A stretch of DNA of 64,000 nucleotides from the human T2T-CHM13v2.0 reference genome, Homo sapiens. The notes below the pieces were generated by a model that was given only the letters and a program-made list of their open reading frames with translations, was not told the DNA's origin and did not search any database. The position numbers and the translations under genes are program-made. Each line of letters opens with the position of its first letter. The first letter of the stretch is position 1. Positions 58,539 to 64,000 of the stretch are shown in pieces. The stretch lies in NCBI RefSeq assembly GCF_009914755.1, contig NC_060934.1. The stretch is one strand, 5' to 3'.

Positions 58539-59059
58539 GGTACATAGTAATCAGGGTCCGAGCATCCCACACGTGGTGTGAGAGCTCCATGTTGAGAAAA
58601 AGATGAATGAAAATTGGGAGGGATTTGAGGAGAGGTCCTTGGCTGGGATCACATGGGAAAGGGTATTTTACAGTTAACAGAAGGGCCACCCTAAGACTGT
58701 CTAGGGCAAGGTTCTTTCTCCTGCTGTTGTATTATGTGCAGTGTAGATAACATTCACAAAACCACCTTGCCCCACCTGTCCTGTTAGTTGCCCTCATGCA
58801 TGGAAGGAGCTCTCGCCAGAAAATAGCGAGCTCAGTCTATTGGTGGCTTTGTCAGCAATGCGTAGGCTCCAGAGTCAAGGTCAGGAATGCCCGGTGGGAA
58901 CAGGCAGATGAGTAAATAAAAAGGCTCTGTAAACTATGAAGGGGTGTCCAGATGTCAATTTTTATGTTTTCCCCAGCTGCTTCTATTCCTTTTACTGTGA
59001 TGCGTTAGGTCCATTAAATAATGGCATATCAAAACAAGAATGACCCGTAGAGATTGTCT

Positions 59060-60725
59060 GATCATTCATCTGTTCAACACACAATTTCTGCGCATCCATT
59101 CTGTGTCAGACTTAGGACTCAGCACTGGTTAGACAAGAAATAAGTGTCATTGCCCTCAAGGAATTCAGTTTTCTAGGAGATAACGAGCAAAAAAATGGAA
59201 GACAGTGGGGCATCTACTATGACAGAGCCATACATGAGATGCTGTAGAGCAGAGAAAAGGGATGTTTAAGTCAGATGGGTAGGGGGTTTCTGGATGGAAG
59301 GTCAGTGGGAATGGGACTGTTTTGAAGACCGAGTAAGAGTTGCCCGGGCAGAGAAAGAAAAGAAGACATTTCAGGCAGAAGGATGGAGGAGTGAGGAAGG
59401 TATAAAAAATCTTGGTTTGTTAAAGGAACTGCCAGTAATTTGGACTAGCTGGAATGAGGTAAACATGACAAAGTGTCCAAATAATAAATCAAGACAGGTT
59501 GGCAAAATACAGTCGATTAAAGATCTTGTGTCTTAAGCAAATGACTCGGAGCTTGATCATGGAAACAAAGGTGAGCCAAGGAAGTATTTTAAGGTGAAAA
59601 ATATGAGACTGTGTTGGTTTATACAAAGGTTATTCAGCCTGAGACATAGATTCGGGAGTCAACTTGGGTAGGAAGGAGCAATTTAGGCAATTAACTGGAG
59701 AAGGTCTGGACAAAGACGGTAGTTATAACAATGGGTTTGGAGATGAGCAGACAAAATCATGAGCTATTTACCAAATAGGCCTAGGCTTTTGTACACTCTG
59801 GGTTTCCATAAGGAAGGATTTTTTCTTAAGCACACACCTGGACTCTTACACCGTTTGCATTCTCTTCCTTCTTGAGGGAGGTGGAGTGACATTGAATTGG
59901 TGAATTTGGAAAGAATAACTGGGCATGCTCAGTTCAGCTCAGCTTAGCCATTTTCCCTTGGGAGCGAGCCTGTCTACAAGAATACAAGTACTCCATTTCT
60001 TCATGCCCTAAATCTTACCTGGACAGCCAATCCACTTGGGATGCCCTGTCGTGCTGCTGCGATTGCATGGATGACCCTAACAAATTTTGAGGCTCAGTAT
60101 TTGCAAGCCTTCTTGGTCCACAGATCTAAAGCCATGTCTTCTACTGAGCCTCTCTAGGGAGAAAAGGTAACATTTTGATGTCATCTCCTGCTTTTTGTTT
60201 CTTTCTCAATTTTCTCCGACCTGTGATCTGGAAGAGTGCCATTGGGTGGCAGTCCTTGAAGAACCCAGAACTAGCAATGAATAAAAGAGGTGGTCAATGA
60301 GAGACCAGACCTAAATATGACTCCCCATTTCTTGCTGTTTGGGTTTTTCCCTCTCCTCAGTTTTCCTGGGGAAAGATGGGAAGTCATTACTCTGGATTGG
60401 AGATACAGGGGGAGGAAAGGGTTTGGGGAAGAAGATGGTGATTTTAGGTTCGGTCACAGTGACTTCAGTGAATACCAACCAAGTAGCTATGCCCCTTCCC
60501 CCTTCCCCTCCCTTATGTTAGGTACACCCCTCCTCTGTGCACCTATGCTTGTATCTCCCATTATACACATCAGAAGATGTACCTGCAGTTACCTACATAC
60601 CTGTCATGTATTTTGTCTTTGAGCTTCCCAAGGGTATGATCTGTGTTTTAAAATTTCTTCACTGTAGGTCCCATCTTATCTGAGCCCCAGAAGTTAGTCA
60701 GCCATGCTTGTTGAATGAATGAATA
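59060..60725. mobile_element. L2 fragments (59060-59770 minus; 60520-60725 plus 3' end) with intervening sequence
   Basis: tcattcatctgttcaac...ctgtgtcagac...gccctcaaggaattcagttttctag; ...cttgttgaatgaatgaata. Confidence 0.55.
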
Positions 60726-61324
60726 AATTCACTTAACCACACCAACATGTCAGTTCCTATGTGTTTCCTCACCCTGGAGTATTTGGTAATACAAGGATCA
60801 TACATATGCAGAAAAGGCTTCATCAGAGGAAGTGTGTCTCCTCTGGCATCAGCAGCTTCCTCCCCTAGTCTCTCTTCTCTTTCAATCAAACCCTAATCCT
60901 CCCTACCCAGTGTCTACCCTCCAAAGGTTTGAAATCAGAGTCCACAGTTAAATGAGAATCTTGCCACAGTTTCCAACTCATGTTGACCCAGAAGTGCAGC
61001 TCTGAGCCCTGCTGTAGCTGTTGTCAGCAATCCCCTGGAAGCTGTCAGTGGGCTGCAGTCTGTGCTTACAGAGTGATCCCCCAAAGAGATGCAGATTGTG
61101 TAGATACAGCTGGCAGGGGCTGACGCTGGGAAAGACTGTGCTCTGCAGGGAGGGCATCATCAGCTAATTGCTTCTACCCTCTGGGGCATGGAGAAATGCA
61201 GGAGCAGATCCGGAATGACAGCGTGAATGAGCCCCAAGCATCTAGAGTAGAGGGAAGCCTGTCTAGAGTGTTCCTGACAGGCTTGAGTCAAAAGCACTAG
61301 ATCGTATTTCCAAGAAAGGGAGAC

Positions 61325-62030
61325 TTTTTTTTTATTTGAAATGTAATAGACATGCAGAACAGTGCCTAGAAACATATGCACAGTTCACTCGTCACAAATA
61401 AAATGCCTTTGCAACTACACTTTGCAACTACAGAGATAATATTTTCTGCAATGCCCCCTGCAAAACAATATTTGCAACTACAGAGATATTTTCTGCAATG
61501 CCCCCTGCAAAACAGTATTGCCTGCCGTCCCCTCAACATTTGTGTGCTATTTCCTAGTCGTATCCAATTTGTTGATTATCATGGTAACCATTTTATTGGC
61601 CTTCTTTATAATTTTAACACCTTCCCATGCATCTCTAAACAAATTTGCTAATTTGGTTGTTTTAGAACTTGATATGGAGTCCTACCATTATCATTTTTTG
61701 ACATGTCTTCCACTTGACATCATCTTTGTGAAATTCATTCATGTAGCTGTGTATAATTGTAGTGTACTCTTCTGATTGCTGTACTGTTACACTATGTAAA
61801 TATGACCGCTTATCCATTCTACCCTCTACGGGTTGATGGACATTCAAGTTGTTTGCATTTTGCTCTGGAATCATTATCCTGGTATATTTATGTATAAGTT
61901 TCTGTGGTAAGGTATTTGTCTGGAGATAGAGGTCCTGAGTCAATAGGTAAGGTCTGCATATCCTCAAATTGAATAGAAATGCCAAATTCTTTTCCAAATT
62001 GGACATACCTAATCATAGTCCCACCATTAG
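61325..62030 (-). mobile_element. L1ME-like 3' region
   Basis: ttttttatttgaaatgtaatagacatgcagaacagtgc...gaaattcattcatgtagctgtgtata...gttgatggacatt. Confidence 0.7.
61407..61517. repeat. Nested tandem duplications (13 bp x2 and ~50 bp x2)
   Basis: tttgcaactacagagata(ata)ttttctgcaatgccccctgcaaaaca occurs twice. Confidence 0.92.
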
Positions 62031-62099
62031 GAGTTTGCAGACATATAAAGGCACCCTACAATTCTAACTGCAGGATCCCAAGGTAACTCGCACTGGCTG

Positions 62100-62173
62100 C
62101 AAACAGGGAGCTCCTGCAAGTCCTTGGAGCTTGCCTCAAACAGGGAGCTCATGCAAGTCCTTGGAGCTTGCCT
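62100..62173. repeat. 37-bp tandem duplication, 1 mismatch
   Basis: caaacagggagctc(c/a)tgcaagtccttggagcttgcct x2. Confidence 0.95.
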
Positions 62174-63751
62174 CATACATGAAACGTGGCATTTTGTCTC
62201 TTGCTTTTAGATTTTAACCGTTTCCCTCTCCGAGGATGGAAGAACATCACATATTATTTGTTAGTCAAAGTATCACTCAGCTAACCTGGAAAGGCAGAGG
62301 GCAATTTAATAACATATAGATGCTTTTCCTTCTAAAGTTGTACATACAGAAGTATATTTGTAACAAGAAGGTCAATAGAAAATTGAATGCCTAAAATAAT
62401 ACCGTAGCTTCTCTTTTGAGCTCAATTGATTTGCTCCATATACGTCTGCTGAAAAACAAAGGTTTTAAACAATATATGCTATTCAGGGTCTGAATTAAAC
62501 ATCTGTTGGTGTTCTCTAGTTGTAATAGGGTAACATAAGCAAAAAACAAAAAAAACAAAAAAAAAACAAAAGAGTATATCCTAAGAAATTCAGCATTAGT
62601 CTATTCAGGGAATTTTTCCAAGAGAAGGAATAGCTTTGTTTTGACCCTTTTTACAAAACATCATCAGAACCAAAGGTCTTACACGTTAGAAGAGTTTTCA
62701 TTTCATTACTTTTTTCAGCCTTACAAACAAAGCAGTACTTATCTACTAATTGTCTCACCTTCACCTCAGTGTCCCCAATACCTAGCATAAGCCTTGACAA
62801 TAACAGGAGCTCAAAAACATTTGAATAGATGGAGTTCTTGTACACTTGAGATGAGGAAACTTTACCAAAATCAAGAAACATATTTTGTTAAAAATCTTGT
62901 CCTCTAAGACTCAATCCCATCCAATTACCGCCTCACATGAAAAAAAAATGTTGTAGGTCTCAAGAAATCAGGCCAGGTTATTTTTGTAAAGAAACATTAA
63001 TTCAAGACCTAATGATGGCCCTTTGAAATATCAGTTATTAAATTCTGTTAAGCAAAGGCATAAACGAGATTCAAAGCCTCCCACTGCCTTTTCCCAATAT
63101 GTTCTAGTAAGAGCTTTTCTGTGTGATTCCGAAAGTTATTGTTTGGAAGCTCATGATACTACTGAGTCCCCCCAGAGTACAAAACAGCTTTTGAAGTTTA
63201 AGTCCAGACTAGAGGGGGTATCACAATGGAGGCTTAACCAACTGTAATGAGAAGCTGACAACAATGAAAGAAATATCTGCTGGGAGGGCAATAAATCCTC
63301 TCCCCTTAATAAATGTCTGACAGGAAAGGAACTCATGACGTCTCAGTGCTGTGAGCTTACAAATTAAATCAGAGGAGATGACTTGTTGATTGATACTGCA
63401 GGTAATCAGATAATTAACCAGTCATGGGCTGATAATGAGATACTTTTGGCTAATTAGAGGAAGACCAATGAATTTAATTCAGATGAAATGCTGCAAATAA
63501 AAGCCATTTAGAGAAAAGGGCAGGCAACTGGATAGATGGAAGGAAATGACAGTGGAGAGTGGAAGTTATACCATTCTGGTTAACAAATCATCCACTTATT
63601 CAGTGATCCAGGCTCAAACACCAAAGGCGTGGAAACTTCCCTGAGATGGGTTTGTAATCCAAAATCTAACATCCAGAAGAGAAAAATAAGTAGTGGGAAC
63701 ATTTTATTTAAATATTATTCCATTTCATTTAAAATGTTAAATAATAAAATT

Positions 63752-64000
63752 TGTAGGCGCCTATTGATTTGGACTAGGCTGCTGCACTGGGCCCAACAGA
63801 CCAAACCAATATGGAGTCACTCATGCTAAATGAAACTAATTAACTTAGGAGTGCACTTGGGTAAACAGCTGGGCTTTAGTTGGTTACAGCAGCTGAGCTT
63901 CAGTCAGTCAATTGCAGGCAGCCAGCTGATTCAAATAAGGCAAGATGCCGAGCTGTAACCAATTAAGCTGTCTCTATATCTCACTTCCATTTTCTGTCAG
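63752..64000 (+). mobile_element. ERV1 MER4-group LTR 5' part (MER72/MER66-like), runs off the window
   Basis: tgtagg...ctgcactgggcccaacagaccaaaccaatatggagtcactcatgct...gctgtaaccaattaagctg. Confidence 0.65.

Overview
Primate (human-like) genomic DNA dominated by interspersed repeats. I can support no protein-coding exon, RNA gene or CpG island; the listed ORFs are repeat-derived or chance. It contains about 18 Alu/FLAM copies, a nearly full-length old L1MA-type element (6072-14738, minus) with nested insertions, a young 5'-truncated L1PA3/4, older L1M fragments, many solo LTRs (MER4, THE1, MLT1, MLT2A and others), DNA transposon relics, MIR/L2 and microsatellites. Repeat family names come from recalled consensus sequences, not a search. 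The most unusual signal is a cluster of template-switch scars in the first 22 kb. Two ~200-230 bp inverted copies of nearby, apparently unique sequence (1604-1835 and 14424-14625) are each bracketed by a 15-18 bp direct repeat and have no poly(A). Three micro-inversions lie in old L1s, and a tailless 48-bp Alu fragment sits in a MIR. Second, a ~1.55 kb almost pure A/T repeat lies inside an MLT2A LTR, bracketed by a splice donor and a branch point/acceptor. I see no evidence for a new gene-encoded system; what is novel is structural, mutational or regulatory and needs comparative testing.
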